A stretch of DNA of 64,000 nt from Longimicrobiales bacterium (GCA_041690395.1 JAWLHJ010000001.1:896001-960000), one strand, 5' to 3'. Shown: positions 1 through 10,655, counted from the first letter of the stretch. Translations and numbers: made by a program. The notes: generated by a model not told the origin, from the sequence alone.

Positions 1-14
1 CCGGAGTCCACGTC

Positions 15-2090
15 TTGACGTCCGAATCCGCGAGTCCGTCCTCCGAGTCCAATCCGCTCCTCGCCGAGTTCGAGCTGCCGCTCGGATACCCCCCCTTCGA
101 TCTCATCGAGCCAAGGCATTTCGGCCCGGCGTTCGATGTCGGTATGGAGGAGCAGCGTGCCGAGGTCACGGCGATCGCGGCCGATACCCGCGCCCCCACG
201 TTCGAGAACACGCTCGAAGCCCTCGAACGGACCGGACGGACCCTCCAACGGGTGAAGCTGGTCTTCTTCAACCTCGTGGGCGCGCACACGAACGACGCGC
301 TCGAGGCGCTCCGCACCGAGCTGTCGCCGAAGCTCGCGGCGCACAGCGACGCGATCCTGCTGGACGCCGACCTCTTCCGACGCATCGACACCCTGCACCG
401 GAAGCTCGACGAGCTGGGACTCGACGCGGAGGCGCGCCGGCTGGTCGAGCGGTATCACGAGATCTTCGTGCGGGCCGGGGCTCGACTCGACGAGGACGCC
501 AAGACGCTCCTCAAGGCGCTGAACGCGGAGCTCGCGGAGCTTTCGACCCGGTTCAGTCAGAACGTCCTCCACGAGGTGAACGACTCGGCGATCGTCGTCG
601 ACGACCGTGAGGAGTTGCGGGGCCTGACCGCCGGCGAGATCGCCACGGCGCGTCGGGCCGCCGAGGAGCGCGGAATGGAGGGGCAGTGGGTGCTTCCGCT
701 CCAGAACACGAGCGGCCAGCCGGTGCTGGCCTCGCTCGAGGACCGCGCGCTGCGCCGGCGGATCCTCGAAACGTCGCTGACGCGTGGAAGCCGTGGCGGC
801 GCCTACGACAACCGGGAGATCGTGAGCCGGGTCACGCGCCTGCGAGCCGAGCGTGCCCATCTGCTGGGGTACGAGCACCACGCCGCCTACGTCCTCGAGG
901 ACCAGACCGCCCGCACGGCCGAGGCGGTCAATGAGCGGCTCGTCGAGCTCGTCCCGCCCGCCGTACGCAACGCGCATCGCGAGGCGGAGGCGCTCCAGGA
1001 GCTGATCGACGCGGAAGGAGACGGGTTCGGCCTGGAGGCGTGGGACTGGGCGTTCTACGCGGAGAAGCGACGGAGCTCCCTCCACGACATCGATCAGAAC
1101 GCGCTCCGGGCGTACTTCGAGCTGGACGCGGTGCTCGAACGCGGGCTCTTCCACGCGGCGCGGGTGCTCTTCGGCCTCGACATGGAGGAGCGGACGGATC
1201 TTCCGACCTACCATCCCGACGTTCGCGTCTGGAACGTGCGGTCCGAGAACGGCGAGGTCATCGCGCTGTTCCTGGCGGATCTGTATGCTCGCCCCTCCAA
1301 GCGCGGCGGCGCCTGGATGAACTCCTACGTCAGGCAGAGCGACCTTCTCGGTGACCGGCCGGTCATCTCGAACCACCAGAACGTCACCAAGCCGGCGGAA
1401 GGCGAGCCGACGCTGCTGACGCTCGACGAGGTGAACACGCTGTTCCACGAGTTCGGGCACGGACTGCACGGAATCCTGTCCGACGTCCGTTACCCGCTGT
1501 TCTCCGGCACGTCGGTGCCCCGGGACTTCGTGGAGTTTCCGTCCCAGTTCAACGAGGTATGGGCGCTTTGGCCGGACATCCTCGCGAACTATGCTGTGCA
1601 CCACGAGACGGGAGCGCCGATGCCGCCCGAGGTCGCGGACAAGGTGCGCGAGATGCGGCGGTTCAACCAGGGATACGCCACGACCGAATACCTCGCGGCG
1701 TGCGTCGTCGATCAGGCCCTCCACCAGCTCTCGCCCGATGAGGTGCCCTCGGCCGACGAGCTGCTGGCGTTCGAGGCTCGTGTGCTGTCGGACGCTGGCT
1801 TCGACATCGACGCGGTGCCGCCTCGTTACAGGATCCCGTACTTCTCGCACATCATGGGCGGGTATGCTGCCGGATACTACGCCTACATCTGGGCCGAAGT
1901 GCTCGACGCCGACGCGGTGGCGTGGTTCGAAGAGCGGGGCGGTCCCCGGCGGGAGACCGGCGAGCACCTCAGGAAGACCGTGCTCTCGAAGGGAGGCAGC
2001 GTGGACGCGACCGAGATGTACCGGGCGTTCCGCGGCCGTGACGCCGACGTGGCGCCGCTTCTGCGGCGGCGGGGCCTCGCGCGCCGTTGA
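15..2090 (+). CDS. dcp: M3 family metallopeptidase (peptidyl-dipeptidase Dcp-like)
   Basis: 691 aa; HEFGH zinc motif, SKRGGAWM, VPRDFVEFPSQ, GYAAGYYAYIWAEVLDAD. Confidence 0.9.
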   Translation: MTSESASPSSESNPLLAEFELPLGYPPFDLIEPRHFGPAFDVGMEEQRAEVTAIAADTRAPTFENTLEALERTGRTLQRVKLVFFNLVGAHTNDALEALRTELSPKLAAHSDAILLDADLFRRIDTLHRKLDELGLDAEARRLVERYHEIFVRAGARLDEDAKTLLKALNAELAELSTRFSQNVLHEVNDSAIVVDDREELRGLTAGEIATARRAAEERGMEGQWVLPLQNTSGQPVLASLEDRALRRRILETSLTRGSRGGAYDNREIVSRVTRLRAERAHLLGYEHHAAYVLEDQTARTAEAVNERLVELVPPAVRNAHREAEALQELIDAEGDGFGLEAWDWAFYAEKRRSSLHDIDQNALRAYFELDAVLERGLFHAARVLFGLDMEERTDLPTYHPDVRVWNVRSENGEVIALFLADLYARPSKRGGAWMNSYVRQSDLLGDRPVISNHQNVTKPAEGEPTLLTLDEVNTLFHEFGHGLHGILSDVRYPLFSGTSVPRDFVEFPSQFNEVWALWPDILANYAVHHETGAPMPPEVADKVREMRRFNQGYATTEYLAACVVDQALHQLSPDEVPSADELLAFEARVLSDAGFDIDAVPPRYRIPYFSHIMGGYAAGYYAYIWAEVLDADAVAWFEERGGPRRETGEHLRKTVLSKGGSVDATEMYRAFRGRDADVAPLLRRRGLARR

Positions 2091-2093
2091 TCG

Positions 2094-3119
2094 ATGTACA
2101 GGTCCTGTATGTTCTGCAACGGGGCGCTCGGGGAAAACGAGGTCCTCGAGTCGTTCCCGGTCGGGAGGCGACTGGCCTTCGACGCGGAGCGCGGTCGCCT
2201 CTGGGTCGTCTGCCGGCGTTGTGAGCGCTGGAACCTCTCGCCGCTCGAGGAGCGGTGGGAGGCCGTCGAGACGTGCGAGCGCCTCTACCGGGATACCCGG
2301 GTGCGGGTGTCGACCGACCAGATCGGGCTGGCGCGGCTCCGTGAAGGACTCGAGCTCGTGCGCATCGGTGAGCCGCTCCGGGGCGAGTTCGCGGCCTGGC
2401 GCTACGGAGACCAGTTCGGCCGCCGCCGGAAGAAAGCACTCCTCTATGGAGCAGGCGGAGCGGTCGTGATGGGCGGGTTCGTGGTGGGCGGTGCCGCCGC
2501 CGGCGTGATCGGCACGGCGGTTCTCGGACAGACGGGTAACCTCTGGAACCTGTGGCTCAACGGCCGCACGCTCGTGAAGCTGAGGCCGAACGACGGCCGG
2601 GTGATTCGCCTGAAACGCATGGATCTCCTCGGTACGCGGTTGCGGCCCGACCCGGACGTATCGAGCGCGTTCACGCTCGAGGCCCGGAAGGGGAAGCGGC
2701 GGGAGTCGTTCGAGGGAGACGAGGCCCGCCGCCTGGCCGGCCAGATCGTACCGGCGATCAACCGCGGCGGCGCGAAGCGCGACGTCGTCCAATCGGCGGT
2801 GTCCGAGATCGAGCGGATCGGCCACCCGGAGGCGTTCATGGCCGACGTCGTGCGGGGTGACCGGTTCGCGGACAAGAAGGGTGTGCCCGGCTACATCAAC
2901 AAGATGCCGAGGGAGCTCAAGCTCGCCGTAGAGATGGCGCTGCACGAAGAGCAGGAGCGCAGAGCTCTCGAAGGAGAGCTCTGGCTGCTCGAGCGGGCAT
3001 GGGAGGAGGCCGAGGAGATCGCCGAGATCGCGGATTCACTGCTGCTCCCCGATGGAGCCGAGGACTTCATCGAGGAGCAGCGGAGGGCCACCCCCGAGAC
3101 CGAGCAGGACGACGCCTGA
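2094..3119 (+). CDS. Conserved hypothetical protein with N-terminal CxxC/CxxC zinc ribbon and one hydrophobic segment
   Basis: 341 aa; CMFC and CRRC motifs; starts 3 nt after the dcp stop; host-like codon usage. Confidence 0.75.
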   Translation: MYRSCMFCNGALGENEVLESFPVGRRLAFDAERGRLWVVCRRCERWNLSPLEERWEAVETCERLYRDTRVRVSTDQIGLARLREGLELVRIGEPLRGEFAAWRYGDQFGRRRKKALLYGAGGAVVMGGFVVGGAAAGVIGTAVLGQTGNLWNLWLNGRTLVKLRPNDGRVIRLKRMDLLGTRLRPDPDVSSAFTLEARKGKRRESFEGDEARRLAGQIVPAINRGGAKRDVVQSAVSEIERIGHPEAFMADVVRGDRFADKKGVPGYINKMPRELKLAVEMALHEEQERRALEGELWLLERAWEEAEEIAEIADSLLLPDGAEDFIEEQRRATPETEQDDA

Positions 3120-3139
3120 GCCTCGGGGGTGGCGCGGCG

Positions 3140-4459
3140 CTACTGCATCGTCGTGCCCCGGAGCCGGGTCGCGAGCGCGTCACGGTCGAGCGCGACGCCC
3201 CTCAGGTAGACCTCGGCGATGCGGCGGGTGTTGGTGATGTCGTCGAGCGGGTTGGCGTCGAGCACCACGAAGTCGGCCACGTTACCGGTGTCGAACGTGC
3301 CCGCGTTCAACCCGAAGAGCGCGGCGGAGTTGCCGGTGGCCGCGGTGATGACCTCGGCGGGGGTCATGCCCGCGCGTACCATGTCCTCGAGCTCCAGGTG
3401 GGCGGCCCAGGGCGAGCTCCCGTCCGTCCCGAAGGCGATGTGCGCTCCGGCCTCGTTGAGGCGTGAGAGATTCTCGGCCTGGATCGCGAACGCCTCCTGC
3501 TGGGCCCGGAGCTGGGTCTCGGAGGGCTGGTTCGGCCGGGTCTCCTCCGCGGGAGCGGTCGTGATCCAGGAGAGGTCCGAGGGCATGCCCGGGCTGGGCA
3601 GGTTCGGGATCAGGGCCACGTCCCCGCGCTCCTCCCAGAGCTGAAGCAGCTCGTCGTCGAGGACCTGGTCGCGGATGCCGTGGGCGAACATGTCGACGCC
3701 CGCCCGGAGCAGGCCCTTGGCGTCTTCGAGCCGGAAGATGTGCGCCGCGACCTGAAGGTCGTTCTGGTGCGCCTCGTCGATCACGGCGGTGTAGAGCGGC
3801 TCGGAAAGGCGCTCGTACTGACCCCCGCGGTCGTCGACCCATATCTTGACGAGATCGACGTCCGCCTCGGCCAGCTCGGCGACGGCGCCGCGGGCCCCCT
3901 CCACCGTGGTGACCCAGTGCGGCACCTCGGAGCGGCCGGGCTCCGGGGCGGTGATGCCGCGGCCCGCGACGAGCGAGCGCGCCCCGTCGACGATCGGCTG
4001 GTCGCGGAGCTCGAACGGCACCGTGCCCTCGTCCAGCCCCATGCTGACCACCGTCCCCTGCCCGTAGTACGCCATGTGCCGAAGCTGGTCCTCCCGTTCG
4101 GCCCGGTCGAGGGAGAGGTGGATGTGCGCGTTCACCAGCGCCGGAATGACGGTCTTGCCGGTGAGGTCGACCCGCGTGCCGCCGGCCGGAACGGTCACGC
4201 TCGCCGCCGGGCCCACCACCGTGAAGTGGCCGTTCTCGACGACGAAGACGGCGTTCTCGATCGGGGCGCTCCCGTCGCCGGGAATGACGCGGGCGCCCTC
4301 GTAGATGACGACGTCCGACGTGCCCTCGGCGTCGGAGGCGGCATCGGTGTCCGAGCCACCGCAGGCCACTGCACCCGCGAGGAGGAGGACCGTGGCCGCC
4401 TGGCGGGCACGGGAGAAGGCCAAGAGGGCCAGGGACGATCTTGGGGCTGTCGGAAGCAT
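3140..4459 (-). CDS. Amidohydrolase family protein, probable lipoprotein
   Basis: DLTGKTVIPALVNAHIH, AAH, FGTD and ADFVVLDANPLDDI motifs; LAGAVAC lipobox; start uncertain. Confidence 0.85.
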   Translation of the reverse strand: MLPTAPRSSLALLAFSRARQAATVLLLAGAVACGGSDTDAASDAEGTSDVVIYEGARVIPGDGSAPIENAVFVVENGHFTVVGPAASVTVPAGGTRVDLTGKTVIPALVNAHIHLSLDRAEREDQLRHMAYYGQGTVVSMGLDEGTVPFELRDQPIVDGARSLVAGRGITAPEPGRSEVPHWVTTVEGARGAVAELAEADVDLVKIWVDDRGGQYERLSEPLYTAVIDEAHQNDLQVAAHIFRLEDAKGLLRAGVDMFAHGIRDQVLDDELLQLWEERGDVALIPNLPSPGMPSDLSWITTAPAEETRPNQPSETQLRAQQEAFAIQAENLSRLNEAGAHIAFGTDGSSPWAAHLELEDMVRAGMTPAEVITAATGNSAALFGLNAGTFDTGNVADFVVLDANPLDDITNTRRIAEVYLRGVALDRDALATRLRGTTMQ

Positions 4460-4550
4460 CGGATGCTCGCGGTTGGAGTTTCGCTCAGCGTGAACGCGTA
4501 GCACGCGCGGGAACCGCCGGCAAGGGCGAGCGCCGCGGAGCCTCGCCGGC

Positions 4551-5285
4551 TCAGTCCCGCAGGAAGTACTCCACCGTCGCCACGATCCTCACCGTCTTCT
4601 CGATGCGGTTCTCCTGGCTGATGCCGGGTGCCGGATCACGCGGCAGGATCTCGAACACGCCCTGGTTCGCGCGCCGGATGCCGCCTAGGTCGCTCTCGGA
4701 ATCGCGCGCGAACTCGATGGCCGCCTCCCGGGCGCGCGCCGTCGCTTCGGCGATCATCTCTGGCTTCACGTCGTTGAGTCCGCGGAAGATGTACGTGGGG
4801 CCGCCCGGTCCCCACTCCTGGCCCGAAACCAGAACCACGCCCGAGCCCACGAGGCGGCCGATGTCCTGGCTGGCGGACTGGACCCGCGGGGGATCCTCCG
4901 AGCGCACGACCACGGTCTGTGTGACCGAGAACCGGTTCTCCACGGGCCCTTGCTGGTAGGGGTTCGCCGAGGCGTCGGTCACGCGTAGGCCCTGCACCTG
5001 CACCAGATCCGCGGAGATCTCATGACTCTCCAGGAACTCGAGGGTCAGCTCGAGATTCCGGGCCACGCTCCGCTGGACGGCCGCCAGGTCGTTGCCGCCG
5101 GCGGAGAACTGGAGCGTCCAGACGGCGAGGTCCGCCTCGACCTCCCGCTCGGCCACCCCCTTCACGGTCACGAAGCGGTCGCCGAGCCGCGCTTCGGCGA
5201 CGCCCTTGCCGGCCATCAGTCCGCCGAGGGCCAGGCCGGTAGCAATCAGGGCGGCGGGAATCCAGAAGCGGGCGGTGTCGGGCAT
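4551..5285 (-). CDS. SIMPL (DUF541) domain periplasmic protein
   Basis: RFVTVKGVAEREVEADLAVW, KPEMIAEAT, GIRRANQGVFEI; N-terminal hydrophobic anchor; ATG at 5285 chosen. Confidence 0.85.
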   Translation of the reverse strand: MPDTARFWIPAALIATGLALGGLMAGKGVAEARLGDRFVTVKGVAEREVEADLAVWTLQFSAGGNDLAAVQRSVARNLELTLEFLESHEISADLVQVQGLRVTDASANPYQQGPVENRFSVTQTVVVRSEDPPRVQSASQDIGRLVGSGVVLVSGQEWGPGGPTYIFRGLNDVKPEMIAEATARAREAAIEFARDSESDLGGIRRANQGVFEILPRDPAPGISQENRIEKTVRIVATVEYFLRD

Positions 5286-5424
5286 GATGTCTCGAGCGGA
5301 GCGGGTGGAGCCGTACGTGATGGACACCGCACGATACACCGCAGCGCTCGCGGGTGCTCCCGCGTCGCTGTAGGCTACCTGCGTATCCCCTCGGATTCCC
5401 TCAGACGCACCGAGCCGTCCAGCC

Positions 5425-6273
5425 ATGCTCCGACTCCCATCGATCCGGACCTCCCCTGCCGTCGCGGCACTCTTCTGCCTGCTCTCGGCCTCACCGGCCG
5501 TAACGGCCCCGGCCGCCGCCCAGGAGCCCACCACCCGCGAGATGAACCTCCTCGGCTGGCAGGAGTTCGCCGAGTTGGTGCCGGGGCGCATCGAAACCGT
5601 GCTGGTGCCGACCGGCACCCTCGAAGCGCACGGCGTCGCGCCGAACGGCTCCGACAACCTGGCCCCGGAAGCGATGGCGCGGGCGCTCGCCCCGCGCCTG
5701 AACGCCCTGGTCGCGCCGACGTTGAACTACGGGGTGACGGGCGATCTCGACGCCTTCCCCGGCACCTTCCGCATCGGTGAGGAGGCCTACGAGGCCTTCA
5801 TGGAGGACCTGCTGACCGGGCTCGCCGGGAACGGCTTCCTCAACATCATCGTGCTCAACGGGCACGGGGGACCGCAGACGGCCATCCTGAGCCGCGTGGC
5901 CGGCAGGGTCGGCCGGGAGCATCGGGTGCGCACGCTCGTGACCAACTGGTGGGCGCTCACGAGCGACATCACCTTCGAGGTGTTCGGAGAGGATGGCGGA
6001 CACGCCGGGAACAACGAGACGGCGTACATGCAGGCGGTCACGCCGGACCACGTCCATCCGGAGCGCTACGACCGGGACATGGCGTCGGCCGGAATCGCGG
6101 GCGCCACCCCCTACCCGTTCCCCTCGTCGATCATCCTGTACCAGGCGGGGCAGGGGTACCCGACGTTCGATGCGGAGCAGGCGGGGACCTACTTCGAGCG
6201 CGTGAACGAGCGGATGGGTGACGTGATCGAGGAGACCATCCGACGGTGGGACCTGGCGGGACTGTTCCGGTAG
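5425..6273 (+). CDS. Creatininase/creatinine amidohydrolase family protein with signal-peptide-like N-terminus
   Basis: VPTGTLEAHG, LNGHGG and GHAGNNET motifs. Confidence 0.85.
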   Translation: MLRLPSIRTSPAVAALFCLLSASPAVTAPAAAQEPTTREMNLLGWQEFAELVPGRIETVLVPTGTLEAHGVAPNGSDNLAPEAMARALAPRLNALVAPTLNYGVTGDLDAFPGTFRIGEEAYEAFMEDLLTGLAGNGFLNIIVLNGHGGPQTAILSRVAGRVGREHRVRTLVTNWWALTSDITFEVFGEDGGHAGNNETAYMQAVTPDHVHPERYDRDMASAGIAGATPYPFPSSIILYQAGQGYPTFDAEQAGTYFERVNERMGDVIEETIRRWDLAGLFR

Positions 6274-6292
6274 CGGGCGGAACCGGCCCGCC

Positions 6293-6922
6293 CTATCCCC
6301 CCAGCGCCGCCTGGAACACGCGGTCGAGCTCGTTCAGCCTGGCCGTCTCGTCCCTCAGCTCCAGGAGCCGCTGATGCCAGGCCGGGTCGACGCTGATCGT
6401 CTGGGCAAGGCGGAACGACGTCTCCTGGTCGGGTCGGAGCTCCGGCAGCTGCTCCGGCCGCTCGGCGAGCGACGCTACCACGGCGTGGAAGAGGTGGATC
6501 GACTCCTGGCGGCGGGCGGCGAGAAGCTCGTCGGGGAGGGGGTCGATGTCCCGGTAGGGGCTCACCAACGCCTCGTAGTAGAGGCTCTTGGACTCGATGC
6601 CGTCGACGATGCCGAAGCGCTCGATCCCGCGCACGCCGATCAACGAGCGTCCGTCCTCCAGGAGCTGGTGCTCGCGGATCTCGGCGACGCATCCGACGCG
6701 CCCTTCTTCGAAGAGGAACGGGCCCTGTTGGTCCCAGTCGTGATACACGAGACCGAAACGCCGATCGGACGCGAGGCAGTCGGCGACCATCTCGCGGTAG
6801 CGGGGCTCGAAGACGTGGAGTGGCATCGAGGCCCCCGGCAGCAGCACCACCGGGAGCGGGAAGAGCGGCAGCCGGTAACGGCGCTCGGGCTCGAAGGCGG
6901 AGTCCGGGTCGGAGAAGCTCAC
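6293..6922 (-). CDS. Lon peptidase substrate-binding (Lon N) domain protein
   Basis: LPLFPLPVVLLPG...PLHVFEPRYREMV; GTG start overlaps the upstream stop (GTGA). Confidence 0.85.
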   Translation of the reverse strand: MSFSDPDSAFEPERRYRLPLFPLPVVLLPGASMPLHVFEPRYREMVADCLASDRRFGLVYHDWDQQGPFLFEEGRVGCVAEIREHQLLEDGRSLIGVRGIERFGIVDGIESKSLYYEALVSPYRDIDPLPDELLAARRQESIHLFHAVVASLAERPEQLPELRPDQETSFRLAQTISVDPAWHQRLLELRDETARLNELDRVFQAALGG

Positions 6923-8028
6923 GTGCTCGGCCCGCTGTCGGACACGCCATCGCCCGCCACCCGCGTGACGCCCGGGAGCCCGAGCACGAAGTCCGCGCCG
7001 AACGCCGCGGACGGGGTGTGGATCCCCGGAGGCCGTCGGACGTCGCCCCCGAGCACGCGCTGCACGGCGGTGACCGCGGCGGTGGCCGTGAGCGCGTAGG
7101 CGTTCGGAGTGACGAGCTCGACCGCGGCCGAGTCGCCCCGGTCGTTGCGGACCTCGGCGCGCACCCGAGCGTGACCCGACGCGAGCTCCTTGCTTCCCGG
7201 GCCTGTCACGAGCCGGTCCACCAGGCGCTCCGCCATGCGCCGGAGCGGCCCCGCGCGTAGGAGCAGTCCGAACCCCCGCCCCAGCCGGGTCAGCCCGGGA
7301 GGAAGGGTCGCGTAGACCGTGATGTTCGGGATTCCCGTGGACCGGTACGCGGTGCTCACGTCGCCCCACGGGATCGACGTGCCACGCCGCGGCCGGTCCG
7401 TGAACGCGATCGTCCGGCGTTCGGATCCGATGGGGACGGGCACGATCCGGCCGTTCCGCCTGACGGCGCCCCGCTGACCGAGCCGCTCGAGCGTCGTGCG
7501 GGTCGTTCCGCGGCTCGCTCCGCCGCTCACGCTCAACGCGAGGTCGAGCTCGGTGGCGTCGTCCACCATCTCGGCGGCCAGCGCCGCCGCGCAGTCCGTG
7601 GGAACGACGTCGAAGCCGACGGCCGGCACGACGTGGACGCCGGCGTCCCGGGCTTCGTCCGCTCGATCCTGCATGGCCTCGAGGACATCGATCTCCCCCG
7701 TGATGTCCAGGTAGTGGCATCGCGCGGCGAGGCATGCCTCGAGCACCGGACGCCACGTCGCGGAGAAGGGCCCGGCGGCGTTGAGCACCAGCCCCACGTC
7801 TCGGAGCGCCGCAGTAAGCGCGGCGGGCTGGTCGAGCCCGAAGGCCGCCCACTCCAGGCCGTGCTCCTCGGCGAGCGCCTGTGTTTTCGCACGGTCCCGT
7901 CCGGCGACCACCGGACGCAGACCGAGATCCGCCGCACGTTCGACGATGAGCCGGCCGGTATATCCGTACGCCCCGTACAGCAGCCAACGGCCGGCCGGCG
8001 GTCCGGTCGGACGAGCGGTCTCGCTCAC
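6919..8028 (-). CDS. Saccharopine dehydrogenase-like NAD(P)-dependent oxidoreductase
   Basis: LYGAYGYTG, LNAAGPF, HYLDITGE, GFDVVPTD; GTGA overlap with uup stop. Confidence 0.85.
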   Translation of the reverse strand: MSETARPTGPPAGRWLLYGAYGYTGRLIVERAADLGLRPVVAGRDRAKTQALAEEHGLEWAAFGLDQPAALTAALRDVGLVLNAAGPFSATWRPVLEACLAARCHYLDITGEIDVLEAMQDRADEARDAGVHVVPAVGFDVVPTDCAAALAAEMVDDATELDLALSVSGGASRGTTRTTLERLGQRGAVRRNGRIVPVPIGSERRTIAFTDRPRRGTSIPWGDVSTAYRSTGIPNITVYATLPPGLTRLGRGFGLLLRAGPLRRMAERLVDRLVTGPGSKELASGHARVRAEVRNDRGDSAAVELVTPNAYALTATAAVTAVQRVLGGDVRRPPGIHTPSAAFGADFVLGLPGVTRVAGDGVSDSGPST

Positions 8029-9872
8029 GGGTCGCCGTCCGAGAGCTCCGACCACCGCTCGAAGGCGCGCTCGATCTCCTGCTCGAGCTCCTGCGCCCGT
8101 TGCGTCACCTCCGCGACCCGATCGGGGTCGCCCTTGTAGAAGTCCGGGGCAGCGAGGGCTTCATGGGCTTCGGCCAGCTGGGCCTCGAGCGTCTCGATCC
8201 TGGCCGGGAGGCGCTCGAGCTCGCGCTGATCGTTGTAGGTGAGCTTACGCCGGCGGGTCGCGGTGGCGCTCTCGGTCGAGTGCCCGCTCCGTCCGCCATC
8301 GGCACGACCGCTCCTGGCCCGCTCGCTCCCGGCCGCCTCCGCGGCGTTCCGGTCCGCCACCCGCTTCCAGTCGGAGTAGCCGCCCGCGTACTCCTTCACC
8401 CGGCCATCGCCTTCGAAGACGAGCGCGTGGGTGCACAGGTTGTCGAGGAACGCCCGGTCGTGGCTCACGGTGAGCACCGTGCCCGCGAACGCGACCAGCC
8501 GGCTCTCCAGGAGCTCGAGCGTCTCGGTGTCGAGGTCGTTGGTGGGCTCGTCGAGCACGAGCACGTTGGCGGGTCGGGTGAACAGCCGGGCCAGGAGAAG
8601 TCGGTTCCGCTCGCCTCCCGACAGGGAGCGCACCGGCTGCCGGGCGCGTTCCGAGGTGAAGAGGAAGTCCTGCAGGTAGCTCATGATGTGGCGGCGCTCG
8701 CCGTCGATCTCCACGTGGTCGCTCCCGAAGCCGACGGCCTCGGCCACGGTCTCCGCCTCGTCGAGCTGCTCCCGGTGCTGGTCGAAGTACCGGACCTCGA
8801 GCGCGGTGCCGTGCTCGACCGTCCCGGCGTCGGGCTCGAGCCGACCGAGCAGGAGCTGGATGAGCGTGGTCTTGCCGGCGCCGTTCGGGCCGATGATCCC
8901 GATCTTGTCGCCTCGGGTGATGGTGGTCGAGAAATCACGGATGAGCGGCTCGGCCGTGCCCTCGTCTCCGGCCTCGGCTGCCCCGTATCCGAAGGAGACC
9001 CCCTTGGCGACGATGACCCGCGTGCCGGACCGCTGCGCCTCCTGGATGTTCAAGCGCACCTCTCCGATCCGCTCGCGACGCGCCGAGCGCTCCTTGCGCA
9101 TGGCCTGGAGGGCGCGGACGCGGCCCTCGTTCCGGGTGCGTCGTGCCTTGATTCCCCGTCGGATCCACGCCTCCTCCTCCGACAGCTTGCGGTCGAACTC
9201 GGCCCACCGCTTCTCCTCGGCGCGGAGCAGCTCCTCCTTCCGCTCCAGATACGTATGATATCCGCAGCTCCACGAGGTCAGCTTCCCGCGATCGAGCTCC
9301 ACGATGCGCGTCGCGAGCGCCTGGAGGAACGTGCGGTCGTGCGTGACGAAGAGCAGACTGCCGTCGAAGCGCCTGAGGAAGCCCTCGAGCCACTCGATGC
9401 TCTCGAGGTCGAGATGGTTCGTCGGCTCGTCGAGGAGGAGAACGTCCGGCTCGGCCGCGAGCGCACGACCGAGGAGCGCCCGCCGCTTCTGGCCACCGGA
9501 GAGCGACCTGAAGGGAGCCGTGCCGTCGAGCTCCATCAGCGACACCTGGCGCTGGACGTCGTGGTGGCCGGTCCCCCGCTGGCCCCGGAGGTGACCCGGA
9601 ACACCGGACGCGATCACGTCTTCCACCGTGTCCGGGAGGTCGTCGGGGACATCCTGCGGGAGGAGCGCAATCCGCGCGCCGGACTCGAGCGCGATCGTGC
9701 CGTCGTCCGGCGCGACGTGGCCCGAAAGGATCTTGAGGAGCGTGGACTTTCCCTCGCCGTTCCGACCGACCAGTCCGATACGCTCGCCCCGCTCGATCTG
9801 GAGCGTGGCGTCGTCCAACAACGGACGGCCGCCGAAGGCGACGGTGAGGTTCTGTGCGCTGACCAGGGCCAC
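8025..9872 (-). CDS. uup: ABC-F family ATPase Uup
   Basis: Two ABC domains (GRNGEGKST, GPNGAGKTT, LSGG), WIRRGIKARRTRNEGRVRAL linker, C-terminal coiled coil. Confidence 0.9.
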   Translation of the reverse strand: MALVSAQNLTVAFGGRPLLDDATLQIERGERIGLVGRNGEGKSTLLKILSGHVAPDDGTIALESGARIALLPQDVPDDLPDTVEDVIASGVPGHLRGQRGTGHHDVQRQVSLMELDGTAPFRSLSGGQKRRALLGRALAAEPDVLLLDEPTNHLDLESIEWLEGFLRRFDGSLLFVTHDRTFLQALATRIVELDRGKLTSWSCGYHTYLERKEELLRAEEKRWAEFDRKLSEEEAWIRRGIKARRTRNEGRVRALQAMRKERSARRERIGEVRLNIQEAQRSGTRVIVAKGVSFGYGAAEAGDEGTAEPLIRDFSTTITRGDKIGIIGPNGAGKTTLIQLLLGRLEPDAGTVEHGTALEVRYFDQHREQLDEAETVAEAVGFGSDHVEIDGERRHIMSYLQDFLFTSERARQPVRSLSGGERNRLLLARLFTRPANVLVLDEPTNDLDTETLELLESRLVAFAGTVLTVSHDRAFLDNLCTHALVFEGDGRVKEYAGGYSDWKRVADRNAAEAAGSERARSGRADGGRSGHSTESATATRRRKLTYNDQRELERLPARIETLEAQLAEAHEALAAPDFYKGDPDRVAEVTQRAQELEQEIERAFERWSELSDGDP

Positions 9873-10025
9873 GGTACGGGAGCTCGATCGGAGGAATGTG
9901 GGGACGGGAATCTAGCAGGTGCGTTCCGGCCTGTGAGTGGGTTGGCAAGCTTGTTGCACCTCCCATGAACAGACAGTCACAAGGCCACGCGCGAGGGCGG
10001 TGGCCACAGATCCCGGGGGGGAACC

Positions 10026-10655
10026 ATGTGGAAGAAAGACGAAGAGCCGTCCACGCAGCCGTCCAGCGAGAGCCGCACGCCGAGCATCACGGCACAGCGG
10101 TCGTCATCGACAGGCGGTGGCCGCGCGACGATCGGCCCGTCGATCAGCATCAAGGGCGACGTGACCGGGAGCGAGGACCTGCTCATCCAGGGGCAGGTGG
10201 ACGGGTCCGTCTCGCTCGGGAAGCATGCGGTGGGCGTGGGTAGCGAAGGGCGCGTGAAGGCCAACATCGTCGGCCGGGTGATCACGATCGAGGGCCGAGT
10301 CGAAGGCGATCTCACCGCCGAGGAGCAGATCATCCTGCGGGGCTCGGCGCAGGTCCACGGCGACATCAAGGCGCCGCGAGTGGTGCTCGAGGACGGAGCG
10401 ACCTTCCGGGGGCTGGTGGACATGGGCACGACGTCGACGAAGGCGTCGGCGTCCGATAGCCGGTCGGAGGCGAAGGGCGGTTCCGAGAAGGCGTCCGGGT
10501 CGGCCTCGAGCGCCGGATCCACGTCGTCGTCTGGCTCGTCCTCGGGCGGCTCGTCTTCCGGCTCTTCCTCTTCGGGCGGGTCCTCTGGCTCGAGTGGCTC
10601 GAGCAGCGGGAAGGGTAAGGAGTCGGCCACCGGGGCGAGCCGCGCCAGCGCGTAG
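10026..10655 (+). CDS. Bactofilin (polymer-forming cytoskeletal protein) with Ser/Gly-rich tail
   Basis: ATIGPSISIKGDVTGSEDLLIQGQVDG...LEDGATFRGLVDM beta-helix repeats. Confidence 0.9.
   Translation: MWKKDEEPSTQPSSESRTPSITAQRSSSTGGGRATIGPSISIKGDVTGSEDLLIQGQVDGSVSLGKHAVGVGSEGRVKANIVGRVITIEGRVEGDLTAEEQIILRGSAQVHGDIKAPRVVLEDGATFRGLVDMGTTSTKASASDSRSEAKGGSEKASGSASSAGSTSSSGSSSGGSSSGSSSSGGSSGSSGSSSGKGKESATGASRASA

Noticed and set aside
8100..9968. Long antisense ORFs (also 12185-13516, 42920-44791, 47711-49729)
   Set aside because: Typical high-GC shadow frames opposite well-supported genes.
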